Below are positions 1-13,615 of a stretch of 64,000 bases of DNA, in pieces. The DNA comes from Lytechinus pictus (Eukaryota). Positions within the stretch are counted from its first letter, which is position 1; the number at the start of each line of letters is the position of its first letter. The notes under the pieces are model-generated. The model was given only the letters and a program-made list of their open reading frames with translations, ran no database searches and was not told where the DNA came from. Both the position numbers and the translations under genes were made by a program. The stretch lies in contig NC_087245.1 in assembly GCF_037042905.1 (NCBI RefSeq), positions 16,618,001 to 16,682,000 of the forward strand. Reading direction: 5' to 3'.

Positions 1-338
1 AAATTAAGTTTCCACGCTTCGCGCCGTAAGAGGAATTATTTCAAATTCTTCAAGCTTTTCCCATTTTTGGGGCGCTCATAATCTATTACGAAACAATTTT
101 GTTTTAATCATAGCAAGTCAATATTGAGTTGATAAGGGTACTAGAGACGCAAGAGACTCCTTCTTTTGATTTAAATTTGATGAGATATCGAAAACTTCGC
201 GCTCCGCACAGGAGGGGGAAAACTCCCCCCTCCCTGCACCCTCCCCCTAGGGAGCACACTTCGCGCGCCCTGTAAGTGTTGGCATGCTTCGCGTGCACTT
301 ACTGTCCCCTCCAAAATTGAATCCTGGCTCCGCGGTTG
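1..338. mobile_element. Truncated end of a non-autonomous hAT-like element (same family as 6456-7806)
   Basis: Aligns by eye to 7510-7806; ends CCTCCAAAATTGAATCCTGGCTCCGCGGTTG versus CCTCCAAAATGAAATCCTGGCTACGCGGCAG. Confidence 0.7.
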
Positions 339-1974
339 GAATGGATGAATGTGTATTTTTGTTTTCTTGAATTTAGGTCAACACAGGGAGATCCAAATGT
401 GTGGTACATCTATTTTAATAGCATGTTATCTCGATCATCATGATAGATATGACGGAGCTTGTGATCTGACCAAAGTGAAACTACAATTGGATATTGTGGT
501 TTGTAACCACATACATATAAATAATGTTTGACTCTTTCATCATCGACCCCCCAGGGAGAAAACATTATATGGGGGCTTGGGACAATTTAGCCCCCCCCCC
601 CCCCGAAATAAAAAAGGATCCCAGGAAAAGCTTATCCAATAGCAGATTTAGGTAGTACAGTAAGTTGTGAAATGTAGCCCCTGAAAATAAAATATTAATT
701 TTTTGCCTGCAAACTCCGAATGTGAAAACCTGTCAAGATCTCATTAATCCTTTCAATTACATACATGCAATTCAAACATAAAAAACAGGCCATTCATTCC
801 TAGTTCTGTTTCTACATGTACAATGTACGATGGGGGGGGTCGGGTGTCCGGACACTTTATATTTTTGAAGCCTTCTTTTTTGTCTTTGGAAATTTACACT
901 AAAAATATTAATTCAATAGTTATAATCATCTTCGATTTTGTTCTCTCTAATATTTCCTAACATTTTCTACTAAAAATTGATAAAACTTCGCTTGTAAATT
1001 TTTCCAAATGACTTTCTAAAATTGACCGTCCGCACACACAACCTGTCCGGACACACAACAACTGGGTATACAAGCACTAGCTGAGCTGTCTCTGTAAGAG
1101 ACTATAAAAATCTTTCAATGAATAGAATAATCCCCTGTCCTATTAGGTTGCTAATCCTCTATATCTGTTACTTTCATGCACGCTAGCCAGGTGATGATAT
1201 TCCCACCACCACCACCACAACAGAAAACATTGTTACAATGTCTGAAATGTGCACAAGAAGGAGAAGGCTGTTGCTGGAGAAAGTTCCACCAATTTAAAGC
1301 TCCTTGGTTCCACCATGGTTCCACATACAAATGATTACCATCACTTGATGAAGCTATCCAGATCACAACTTGTACCATGGCTTCATCATGGACCCTACCA
1401 TGGTTCATGGTACTACATGTAGTACAGTAGCTTTTCTTTTCCAGGCTGGGAGAGTTTATGACTGCTTTGAATACAGCAGAGCTTTTTGGCGAGACCACTT
1501 TTAAATGGAGCACAATTACATCTTAATTATGTAGGCCTATGTTACAGAATGGGGGGTTGTGAAATGAGCACAAACAAAATATCTAGGGCAAATGAGGACG
1601 GCCTTTAAAGGTCAAGTCCACCCCAGAAAATTTTTGATGTGAATAAATAGATAAAAATCACTAGCATAATTGTAATTGAGGTGCCAAAACGACTTTCAAT
1701 TTTGATACCAGTAGTTGTTTTGGCACCTCATAGGTCATCAGCAATCCTGTATGTATGAGACCTATCAATATTCACTAGTTATTTTCAGGTCCATTATCAA
1801 TGTGTGTACGAACACTGCAATGTACGGATACATGTAGGCCTACATGTACTGTACATGTACATACCAAAACTGCACTGAATCAAGGCTAAAAAAGATAATC
1901 TTATTTGTCCTTCAAACCAGGGATTAATACAATTGATTCATCTGGTACCCCCACCCCCCTCTGGTAGCCTTTCT

Positions 1975-2908
1975 CAGGGGCGGATCCAGCTTTCGCCAAT
2001 AGGGGGGGCCGAAAAATATTTTCATCAACATTTTTCCCGATTGGCCGCTATAATCTGATTTTTTGTTGGTTCTTTAGGGGGTAGTCCTAAGTAAAGACTG
2101 AAGTTTTAGTTTTTATTGTTATAAACAAGATAAGGTATCTCATGGGTCTTAATATAATATGCGAGTGCGAAGCGCGAGCAGAAATTTTAATATAGTAACG
2201 TGAAAAGGGACTCAATTAGGACTGTTTTCAGTGATTAATGGATACAGTATCACCAATTAAATAATGAGTGTGCGAAGCGCGAGCTCAAAATTTTTGATAT
2301 TCCGACCTGAAAACTTGACAGTCTAAGCACGTTTTTATTTAAATAAAGAACAAGATGTGTCTCAAACATATAAATGCGAGCGCAAAGCACGAGCTTAAAT
2401 TTTTACTGACATAATGAAGGGGCATTTTGAGAAATTTTGGTAAGAATTTCCAAAGATGATAGGTATCTCACAAATCAAACAATGTGAGCGCGCAGCGCGA
2501 GCTTAAAATTTTTATATATATTAACAATTGGTATAAATCAAACAAAATAATGAAAGCTTGATGCTCGAGCTAAAATATTGTGTGCAAATTGATTTCAGAA
2601 CTGGACATATTAAGTGCCATTTAATCATCTTGAATGAGATTCATTACACAGGCAATGCGAAGCGCGAGCGAAATATTTTATATAAATTCTATTTTCCAAT
2701 TCTTCCCCCACCTTTTTCTTGTTTCCTTTTGGGTCGGGCCGGCCGTTACGAGGCTGTAAATTACACATCATTGGTATAATACCTCTTTCTTACTTTTCTT
2801 TCTGTTTTTTATCGTTTCTATCAAGTTAAAGAGTACACTTTTTTCTGCAGGTTGCCAAAATATAGGGGGGGCCGGGGCCGGCTCGGCCCCCTCCTGGATC
2901 CGCGCCTG
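1975..2908. mobile_element. Non-autonomous TIR DNA transposon (hAT-like ends) with internal GCGAAGCGCGAGC subrepeats
   Basis: TIRs CAGGGGCGGATCCAG / CTGGATCCGCGCCTG; TTTCT on both flanks; same TIR family as 35433-35670, which has a perfect 8-bp TSD. Confidence 0.75.
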
Positions 2909-4713
2909 TTTCTCATAACAAAACAAAATTAAGGTACACAGAAAAACAAAATATAAATCAGAGATCATTCAAACTCTCTATCCATCCATGATGATGATGT
3001 TACATATGTATTCACATCCGGGGAATAATTTTCATGGTATCGCATCGCAATTTGCTCCACATTTTTGAAAGACTGAGCACTATGCATTAAGTCTTTTGTA
3101 TATAGCACATGTTTACATAGGACTGTACATTAGGCTTAGTCGAGAGTTTTTCTCTTATGACCACAAATGCTATTCAAATTTGTAAAGCAAAATTATTCCC
3201 TGACATCTATTAACAAATTAATGTCAACTTCAAATATATCATATCAACTTTTCTTGTAATTCATGTTATGAAAGACAGGAATGTGCTGGTTACATACTGT
3301 GCAGTGACTGCATACTGTAGCATATATGAAAATACATGTTCAAGAGGGCCAAAAATTCATGCAAAGTATGAAATAATATACACAAAGACCTACATGTACA
3401 TGTGCATAAAAACTTCATATGAGAAAACATATATCATGAATAAAATATTCCATCAGGTCCGAGTTGAAACATAAATGTCTATATAGACAAAAACAAGATA
3501 ATTTGGAAATATAATTCACCCTTTGAATATAAAGTCTATATGGAAATCCTGACCTGGGGTACGACCAACAACAATGAAATGTCAGGGGTGGGCTACATGT
3601 TACAGTATAAAAAGCAATATTTCAGACAATACACCAAATAAGAATTAGTAGGTATCGCAATATGTAACTTCAATAGTGGTCAAGCATGATAGAAATAGAA
3701 CAATCTCTTGAATACTTATTCTGAAAATTTTGGAGAATAATGCATTAAAATAATTGCCACATTAAGCAATTGAACTTAATAAAAAGTTGGAATTTACTGG
3801 CTTGAATATACAAAAAGGTCTGAATACAGGACTGTATACTATACGCAGGCTGTGGAAGACTACACATTATTCAACATTGTGTGCACACAACTGTTTATTT
3901 AGCACTGTCCTCCACCCAGTTCACTTTCCTAGAATGCAATCAAGCATATCGATAAAAGCATTGATCGACATCAGATACATTATTTGTGCAATAGGAAACA
4001 AACTGATAGTGTTGTATTAAATATTGAATAAAATCATTGGTTTTTACAGCATTAGCTGGTGAAGTGAGATATTTACCTACCTACAGTAGATATTGAATAA
4101 ATTTATTGTACAAATATTGCCTACCTACAGTATATAACATTTCCTCTCCCCGACGGAGTTATATTTTTCCCAAAGAATTATATTTTGCCCGAAGCATGCA
4201 GCACTGAGGGAAAATATTCTCCTGAGGGAAAAATATAGCTTTGGAGGGGAGTTTGAATTTTATTTATTAAAAGGATAGTCCACGCAATATCTGTTATATT
4301 ATATAGTCTTTGTGGATTCACCAGATCAGAGATTGCATTCATCATTTGGCTCTCTGATTAACCCGAAATTCTTGCTGCAGCTCTGATCCATCTACGTCAT
4401 AATATAAATTTTTGGAAAATACATCAAGCGCGTTCTTCATGCAATCGCGTTCACAATAGCGCGTACATCAAATAAACTACCTCATTATGCAACTTGTAAG
4501 CAGCGAGTGACGTCACCTTAGTGAATATAACGCTGCAATTGACAATACAACGCATTTATTCACTGAGGTGACGTCAAAACCTAGAATATAACAGATTCTA
4601 TCCTTGCAGCTACATGTACATGTGATGGAATATTGACCTACCATCAGTGACATACTTCTCCATAGCCCATATTCCTCCAGGGGAAACAAAGGGATCTGTG
4701 AATAGGCAAGGGC

Positions 4714-5280
4714 TCGGGGGGGGGGGGGGGGCACTTGCATTGATGAGTGGATACCATGCGCGACCCCTAAAACACGTAAAAAGGATGTCTTTTTCAAGAT
4801 AGGGCACATTACGTAAGTAATGTAATAAGGGTGTCAAAAAAAAAATGAAAAAAGGGTATCTATTTCGCTCGAAAAGCTTTGTGTTTAGGGTCAAATTTGC
4901 AAAGGTACAAAAAAGACTAAAATGTACTTTTTGCCCCAACATTCAACACTAAGTGTTTAGAGTCCGATTTGCATGAGGTGTGGGATGTGGGGCCGTATTC
5001 ATCCCAATAATGTAGGTAAAGGTAAAGCCGAAGACCGAGGTCTGTGACATACAACAATTGAAATTAATCGCTGTACTTGTTTAGGGTTCAATTCAGAGAA
5101 TACTTGCCAAAGGTAGTATCGTTTTGCTTCCAATACTTGTTAAGGGTAGGGTTTCACATGCCAATACTTTTTAAGGGGTGCATTTTCAGAATATGGAAAA
5201 TACTTGTTTAGGGTGCTTTTCGAGACCCCATGGTCGCCCATGGTATCCACTCGTCAATGGAAGTGCCCCCCCCCCCCCGG
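4714..5280. mobile_element. MITE with poly-G/poly-C ended TIRs
   Basis: TIRs G(n)CACTTGCATTGATGAGTGGATACCATGCGCGACC / GGTCGCCCATGGTATCCACTCGTCAATGGAAGTGC(n)GG; GCAAGGGC duplicated at 4706-4713 and 5281-5288. Confidence 0.8.
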
Positions 5281-5705
5281 GCAAGGGCAGATCCAATGTG
5301 GGAAAAGGATTCACCCCCCCCCCCCAGCAACAATATTCATGTACATGTAACATTGTTAACTCCCCCATGTGGGTTGGGGGTCAAGTCAGGAAACCCCTTT
5401 TTTGCTTGTCGAACAAAAATTTGTGGAACAGCTAGCACATCTAACACAATAGCAGTGACGGGAAATTATTAAAAATAGTATGAAAAAGCAACAAGGGGAC
5501 CGCATGCCCCTCTCATTCTCATCCATTTTTATTTGACAGTACAGTGTTCATGTCTTTGATACATGTACCTGATACCACAACGAGAGCATGCCCCCATCAA
5601 AGCCTTTTGTAATACCCCAATACATGACAATGCTGCTACCACCACTCTCGTCTCACATGTAAACAATCATAGTCATACACAGACACTCTCGATTTCTTAA
5701 CTCAC

Positions 5706-5766
5706 CCATCAGAGTCATCGCAAGAAGAATGGCAATATTTAACAATAATCCTTTATTGTCAGCCAT
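5706..5766 (-). CDS. First coding exon (signal peptide) of an unidentified secreted or membrane protein gene continuing left of the window
   Basis: ATG in ACAATGG context encodes MADNKGLLLNIAILLAMTLM(G): a basic residue plus a hydrophobic core. It ends in a consensus phase-1 donor G|GTGAGT and lies next to a relatively CpG-rich, repeat-free region (5800-6400). Confidence 0.65.
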
Positions 5767-6169
5767 TGTGATTAATGTCAAATGATTGTCCAAGTCAAAA
5801 TCGACGCATGGTATGCAATCCCAGCGCAACTGTCCTTTGGTGGAGCTTTTCAGGCAACTTTTCCCTCGTGAGAAGCTGTATGAAGCGTCTGTTTTCGCAA
5901 GTCAGCTGCTCTGCTGCCTGATTCGATCACCGAGATAGGGTACGGGGTACCACGGGAAACAAAGGGGTGAAGAAACGGATCACTGCACACCGACAAACAG
6001 AAATAACGGGGAACTGCATGAACAAAAGATGAAAGGGGGTATTATTGTTTGGCCAAAGAAGTACGTCATCAGCTCACTGTTAATTTCCAAGTTGGTCTTG
6101 ATGGCAAACACGTCTGATTGTCCTCGTAGCAAATATAAACGCACTATCAGATGAAAATACTTGTTCATG

Positions 6170-6400
6170 CCCTCACAGTGCAGTTGCTGGATATATCGGA
6201 ATAGAGTTCGGAGCTAGCCTAGCCAGCTACTTGCAGCGCGGTGCCAGTGCTCTGATGACACGAGCTAGAGAGTAGAGATACCGGTACTAGGCCTTATATG
6301 GCGCATATCGCTTTGAACAGGACTGGTAGCTGAGCGAACGGAAGTGCTCGTCCTTTTGCTTTCTAATGAAGATAGCAATCCCGAAAGGACCCGAATAGGC
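6170..6400 (-). promoter_or_regulatory. Putative promoter region of the minus-strand signal-peptide gene
   Basis: CpG-enriched, repeat-free segment upstream of the ATG at 5766; ETS-type CGGAAGTG at 6339-6346. Confidence 0.35.
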
Positions 6401-6455
6401 TGTGGATGGTTCATTATTCTAAAACGCAAGTGATCTTTTATCATTGGCCTAGATC

Positions 6456-7806
6456 CAGGCGCGTAGCCAATGGGGGCGGTCGCCCCCCCCCAAACGTCCC
6501 GAAAAAGAAAAAAAAAAGGAAATTAAAAGAGAGGAGAAAAGGAAAAGCGAAGGGAAGAAAGGTAGCTTTACTGTTTTCTTTTTATTCTTTTTGTTTCTCA
6601 AAAGAGAAACTCCTTCACTCTTGCTCTAAATTTATATATATGAATTTTGCTGTTGTTTCCCTCACCCTTTCTCTAACCCTGTTTTCCACCTCAGCTATAT
6701 GTGTTTCTTGCCGGTTAAAGTTCAAATGTATACATTAGGGTATGGAATTAGAGTAAGGTTATAGGCCGAAGTATATGAAGCTATCTTCTTTTTTTCAAAT
6801 TGATCGAGCAACTATTCTGGTCGGGTCGGCTCCGGGCGGGTAAAATCTTTATATCAATATTTCTGCCGTTACCTCCATACAGGCAACTTAATTCTCCCGC
6901 TTTTCAACTCATTACTAAACCGAACCATCATTTGGGGGCAAACAGGTTCAACTAATTTAAAAAGAGGAAGGTATACAATAATTCGTGTCATAAAAAAGTA
7001 CAATATTTTTTTATTAAATTCTATTAAACTCCAAGTCATTTCCCTGCACATTCATCTCCTGTCCTGTTTTGCGCCCTCAGTTTGACATTTTTAATGACCG
7101 GCACTTAAGTTTTTATCATTCAAAATGAAGCGCTTCAGGATAAGTCAAAGAAATTATACGTTATCCTTTTTTATATAATTTCAATAAATCACAGAAGTTT
7201 CAACTTTTTGCGCACTATTTTCCTTGTAATAAAGTTCAATAATCTTAGAAAATCAATTGAATTAGAGCCGATAGGGTATTAGAGAGATATCTGCATTTGA
7301 TGAAACGTCCGCCCCTTGAAATTTCAGAGTTTCATTGCTCTGCGCGGGGAGGAATATCTTCCTCCCGGCATATATACCCTTATCCTCTGTTTTGCGAGTT
7401 AAAGATATGCACTGTCGCTAAATTGTTTGTAATCAAATCTGATCTTTTCAAGGGAAGCATTCAATATAGCTTAGAGAATACCATTTTCTTTGCAAAAAAA
7501 AAATGATAAAACGCTTTAGCCACCGCGCTTCGCGCGGGGTAATTATTATTTTAATTTCGTCCATTTTATCCCTTTTTGTGCGGTCACAATCACTTTTGAA
7601 AACAATGTTCAAAATCACAATGTTGTCAACTGAATTGGAGCTGATATAGGTACTATATAGAGACAAGAGAGACGACTCCTTTTCATTTTAATTTATGAAA
7701 CACCGAAAGCTCACCCACCCCCTAGGTATAGCGCTCTTTAAGTGTTCGCACACGCTTCGCGTGCATTTACCGCCCCCTCCAAAATGAAATCCTGGCTACG
7801 CGGCAG
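6456..7806. mobile_element. Non-autonomous hAT-like element
   Basis: TIRs CAGGCGCGTAGCCA / TGGCTACGCGGCAG; degenerate 8-bp TSD CCTAGATC/CCTATATA; second partial copy at 1-338. Confidence 0.7.
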
Positions 7807-10785
7807 CCTATATAGATCTGGTCCGAGTTATAGGGAGGGGGTGAAAGTAATATAGTGATTGAGTGATATAAACTTTCAAAAACTTGCATGGGGTCTTTCT
7901 TCAAAAGGAGCAATTACCTTAAACGTGAACATGACTGTATAGGCCTACATAGGCCTACTAACATCTCAACTTTGCCCGATAATGGCAGTTCCTCATTATG
8001 TGTTTTCATGTGTTTGCGACACGTACATGTTCAACCAGGGGCGGGCAGATCCAGGATTTTCCAAGGGGGGGCACATTTTCCCGATGAAAATTTGACAAGA
8101 AAAAAAAAGTTTTCATCTAAAATTGAAGGTCATTTCGTCCGCGGAAAATTTGACAAGCAAAAAAATAAGGGGGGGGGGCACACACTTAAGTATATACGTA
8201 AATACAAAGTTTGATTATGGCTCTCAAAGGGGGGGGGGGGCACGGGCCGGCTTTGCCCCCCCCCCTGGATCCATAGGCCTACAACATCACCTAAATTACA
8301 GAAAGGGTTAATTGTGATCATGCATATAGGGCCCATCAATGTGCAGATCGAGAGAAGCGAGTGAGTAAATTTTCAGAAGTTGGAAGACTAAATGGCGTTG
8401 GAAACCATGCAGGGGTCCATTAATGCCTTATAAGAGGTGTATGAAATAACTCTAATATTGCGAATGGTCTCAGTGATACTGAAAGAAATTGCTTTCAGTC
8501 TTTGAAAATAATAACGTGCATAAATTATAAAGACACTAATGCACCGTGGCTTTGAAAATGAAAGGGGAATAGTGCGTTGTATCAAAATGACTAAATAGCG
8601 ATTAAATTGTCAATACTTATTCAAGTATATTTGTCAGATTTTTTCGGATAGTAATGGAAAAGGGGGTCCTAATTATCGAGGAGAAGGTTGATATACCTTC
8701 TGAAAATGAATTTAGGGCATCACTTATACCACAATTTAAACTTTCCAAAGTGGAAACAACTCATAAAAATATAAGTTGAGAGGATTTATGGCCACATGTG
8801 CATTGTATCAGTGGTAGAGGGTGTCACTTTCTTGAAGGAGGCGAATACACTCATTGCAATATGATTACTTTGATGCAAACGAAAATGAAAGATTGCAGCA
8901 AGGGAATATATAATTAAAATCATCTGAACGATATTCAGAGATGAGGTAAAATTGAAAGTTTTAAAGAAAAAACTAATTTAACTTCTGAAATACTGATTAT
9001 TTTTTGTTGTAGAATATTATTTGAAGTCTAGTTTATGAATTGAAGACTTTTTTTAATATGGAAAATGTTGATATTTTAAGTTTCAACAGTAATGATTCAA
9101 TGAAGGCCACCAACCTTTTCTATGAAGCATGTTGTAGGGGTGTATAAACCACCCCTAATCTCAAATGATGTGTTGTGATAGAACCCTTCCCACTTTGCGC
9201 CAGTGTATTTAAAGCTCGATGATATTGAAACAATTATTTAGTCGTTGGTTGAAATTCAGAAAGAGCTCATAGTCTTGTGTCGCAATAGACACACTTTGCA
9301 ACAAGGCAAAAATGATCATTTTAAATGAGAACAAATATGTATACGTTCAAACAATTATTGAGGTAAGATTAAGCGAGAGAGCAGTGTGACCGCGGCGAGA
9401 AATTTTGCCTTTTCGGACGAGAACCGGTAGCCTATACTCAGCATGGTATATGGCCGTAAGAAAAATTTGCCAATTTGAAGATGGATTGAAAAAATGGAAA
9501 TAGCCATATTGATTATTAGGTGATCAAAAATGATTTTTTTTTTCTTTCGAAAAGTGGGAGCACGTTGTAGGGTCATCACCCCTCTTCGAAAATGGGGGAA
9601 ATATTTATTTCTTAACTTACCCCTGAGATTGAACGGTGATGTTAATGTTGAATCCTACACAAATATGCTAACTGCTTTTGACTATTGATAATTATGAATG
9701 TAAAACACTCCCGTAAAGTCTGAAGAGCCAAAAGAAAATGAGGGTAGAAGTGTGGTATATGGGGCAAAATTTTCGAATATAAGTCGCAAGTGATCGAATG
9801 GAAAGCTAATTTTGCGATAGATTTTGACTTAAAACACAATCAGGCATTAACATTTATCCTTTTCCTTTTTCTGTATTTCTATTTCTCTTCAATTTTTTTT
9901 TCTACGTTGGGTTTTTTTTTGTTAGAGGGAAAGTGTCCCAAGTCCAATATGAGTGTCCAGTTATATGTATGGCTGCAAAACCCCAGCATTTTTCTCAAGC
10001 GAGCTTGACTGATGAATGAGTGAAAATTGATAAGTGATTTTATGACTGATACGCGAGCTCCATCTACGACAGAAATCCGAATTACTTTGATATCTAGCAT
10101 GTTCTATTCAGTTTCAAGTAACCTGCCGTCACTCATTATATTCATATGATTCACTGTAATCAGCTTAATCATTATCAACCGATAACATGAAAACAGTCCC
10201 GAATAATTCAGTTTATATGGTTTTTTAATTGTTTGATCGCTTCAGAGTGGATTGGGAATTTCAATTTCAAAAATGAAAAAAAAGTGATGAATGGCCGTAT
10301 GATGATATATATTCATGATAAGAAACGTGGGTTTGTATTTTTTTTTCTAAAAGATTTTGTTTGCAACACTTACTGATTAAGCATCGAGATTTACCATTTA
10401 GCTTACGAAGTCCCTATTTTGTTGTTGCAACCAATTGCATTTCGATAGTTGTCATGGTTTTATGGCATGCGAACGACTTACGTGATTGTGGGGGCAGAAA
10501 ACATTGTGTAATCGGAAACATTAATTTGTTTACTTCGTTGTGTTTATTTGTTTACGTATTTGATAAGGGCATTATCTTAAATATATTCATATATTGTGTT
10601 TATTTATACATATATATCATAAGATAGTAGATGAAAATAATAACTCTCCCTTTGGAATAAAACAAAATCTTTAACTTATATTTCTGCATGGCTTTGCACA
10701 AGAGTAAACTGCTTGCGCCCATGAAATGACGGCATCCATTCGATATCACATCCACCATTGTCCACTCACAGACAGATCAGTAAAA

Positions 10786-10793
10786 TGACGTCA
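10786..10793. promoter_or_regulatory. Palindromic CRE-like site upstream of the tamalin-like ATG
   Basis: TGACGTCA about 450 bp 5' of the start codon; the motif also occurs inside repeats elsewhere, so support is weak. Confidence 0.25.
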
Positions 10794-11243
10794 TATCCTT
10801 TCATCATTCCACAGCACACATCCAGTACAGTCAAGGGGAAATACCGCTCCACGGCTCTCAATTTCCAAACACTTATTTTACATGCCGACTGAAAAGACGT
10901 GGAAAGCGCGGGAATTTTACTCCCTACCTGGATGCAGCACGATCTGAGCGAGGTTATCAAACACACGTTGTGTTGCATTCGATTTTGAAACCAACTCGGA
11001 AGGAAACTCGACCTATATCCGATACAACAACTATTGTTTTTGTCTTTTTATTGAAATAGAAAGGACAGCGGGAGAATATTATTTCGAGATTACATGTCAG
11101 TGACTGATATAGAATTTACAGTATCGCGATATCTAACGGCTATATTTCATCGTCAGCTTGATTTACATGAATTTATTGTACAGGGGTAATGTGAATCGTA
11201 ATTTTGGAGGAATCAGAGGAATATTTTGAAGGTAGCTGTCACA

Positions 11244-11309
11244 ATGAGAACTCTTGAGAGAAAGAAGAAAATTTGCCGGAAGGAATCTCTTTTAAATACG
11301 TCTGGGCTT
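11244..11309 (+). CDS. GRASP: Tamalin/GRASP/CYTIP-like PDZ scaffold protein, exon 1
   Basis: ACAATG start; MRTLERKKKICRKESLLNTSGL; phase-0 donor GTAAGT; phase-compatible with exon 2; basic N-terminus reminiscent of tamalin. Confidence 0.65.
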
Positions 11310-13168
11310 GTAAGTATTTTAAAGTCATATTTTGTTTGTCTCAGCAGTACTTTTAATTTTATTGTAGTCATTCAGTCATTTGATTTCTGCCCTCCAGTAT
11401 AATAGCCTGCTTAAAAATGTCATTTGATATAGGGGCCTGCTGAGATCAAAAAGTATTTGGTCCTTAACTGCGGTCCTTTATCATTTTCCAATTCTAAGCA
11501 GACAATTCACCGTATAGTTTTATGTTGCAATACTACTTTATACAATCTTATCAATGAATATAATTCTGACATTTTTCGATGATATATATGCACTGTACTT
11601 TACATGTTTTCTATGCTCCTGAATATTATTCTATATTTTCGTTGGAAAAGAGAGAAAAAAAACCACCTTTGAAACTGAGAAGTTATTTCGATGATAAAAG
11701 TTTTGTAACAAAATAAATATAGTTACTACTGGTATTCGAACCCTGGAGCCACCGTTTTTTCTTCCTTTTTTTTTAATTTGGGGGGGGGGTGTGACAACTG
11801 ACAAGCAAACGCAAAAGCATGAAAATTCTGTCTGACAAGCAAAATGTTTTTGAAAGGAGGAGGTAACGAACGCGTCCGTAGGCTCCATTTCGTTTTTATC
11901 CAGTCATTAGTTTGGCCAGGGGCACTCTGAGATGCAAGGTGGTTATTTTGGATATTTATCGGTATGTTCTTATATTGACTAGCATTCCAAAACTAATTAA
12001 AGTAAAATTCGTTTTTGCATATGTTTCGGATAGGTCTGTGTGGAAATACAACCCAATGGATGAATATATGAAATTATTGCATAGTGTATACCAAAGGGCG
12101 ATGTCACTCGTTAGTCATTATAGTGACGAACAGCTAATTCTTGTGTATGCCGATTTCGACATATACCTCTCTCCGACTCCATCATGTCCATGTTCACCTG
12201 TTAACGCCCATACCTCAATTAGTAAACAAGATCACCAAACTGTAGACCCTATAACATGATTAACCCACCCGCTGCCGTGAGAGAGGAAGGGGGGGGTGTC
12301 ATCACTGAGTTGACGGTTGTCCTTTTTAACCCATGCGATGTGAGTTAGGACATCTTCTACACGACCCGACACTACTTTATATGTCCGTTGTGGTAGTCAG
12401 TGGGTTACCTGCCGAAGGTCGCCCTTACCTGGTGGGGGTAAATCACTCGTCGGATATTGTTTAGGGGTTGGTTGTTTTCAGGATGCGTGAATCATAAGGT
12501 GAAAAGTGAGGCCTGATTAGCGCCTTTTTACCCCAGTCTCCTGTTATTATAGTAGACGTCGAGGGATAGACATCCCCAAAACACACCTCACCTGTCTTCA
12601 GTGAAAGTCGGTCTCCTGCAGGTGATCTTCCTGCAGTAGCCATTTAGGGGCCCGTTTCATCAAGAACTTATACGATTATGTTATTTTTATCACCTATACC
12701 ATAGCATTGCTTGATTTTGATTGGTAAAGCTGATCCATGTTACCATGTATACCATAATGTAAAATATCATAATCGAAATGCAATCATGGTTATTATGATA
12801 CTAGGTATTAATATGCAATAATCATAAATCAGGACTATATTTATACTAGTGTAACAATAATCAAATCGAAATACCCTCTTTTGTCATTTTAAACTCAAAG
12901 TCAAGCAAGAGAGCAAACCAAATCTTTTTATGATTTATGGTTTAAACAAAGCATTCGTTCAAATCAATTTCTCAAATCTAATTCATACTCAATCCGGTAC
13001 TAAATACAAAGGAAGCCTCCGATATTTGAATATACACACATGCGAAGGTCGAAAGATATTGTTCCTCACTACTCCATCTTATTTTTTTTTGAAGCTCAAC
13101 CTTTCATTCACCCCGATTTCGCCGGTCCGTCTTTCTCTCGTGCTTCCCCCTCTCCCCCTCCCTATTTA

Positions 13169-13593
13169 AGCTCGTCTCACACTATATGCGATCCGGTGCG
13201 ACGCGATTTTTTTTTCTTCAAGAAATCGCATTTTGCATTAGATATGAAAGTTCCAAGAAGTAAAATCATTTTATTTAAAGTTTGGCATATTGTTAAAAAA
13301 ACAAATCATATTTTTACTTTGCGGCAAGCCCTATAATAGTCGGAGTAGAGTCCAAATCGGCTTCAAGTCGCAGCCGATGATGACGTCATTACGATTTGGA
13401 ATTGAATTTGTTTTTATTCATCCAGGGAGGCTCTAACTGGACTGAATTTCGATTTCAGTAGTCCTACCACTATTTTGAACTCTGATCCGTAATATTTTAT
13501 TAGTTGGAATATCAATATCAAATGTTATCATAATTAATTTGAAATTCGGATTGCAACGAATCCGGGAACGAATCGCATAGTGTGAGACTGGCT
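13169..13593. mobile_element. PIF/Harbinger-type MITE
   Basis: TIRs AGCTCGTCTCACACTATATGCGAT / ATCGCATAGTGTGAGACTGGCT flanked by TTA on both sides. Confidence 0.7.
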
Positions 13594-13615
13594 TTAAGGA
13601 CATGCTCATGAAATA

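Noticed and set aside
1151..1513. 120-aa minus-strand ORF as exon 2 of the signal-peptide gene
   Set aside because: No recognisable domain or convincing splice sites; the region is rich in short CCATGG/TACATGTA palindromes
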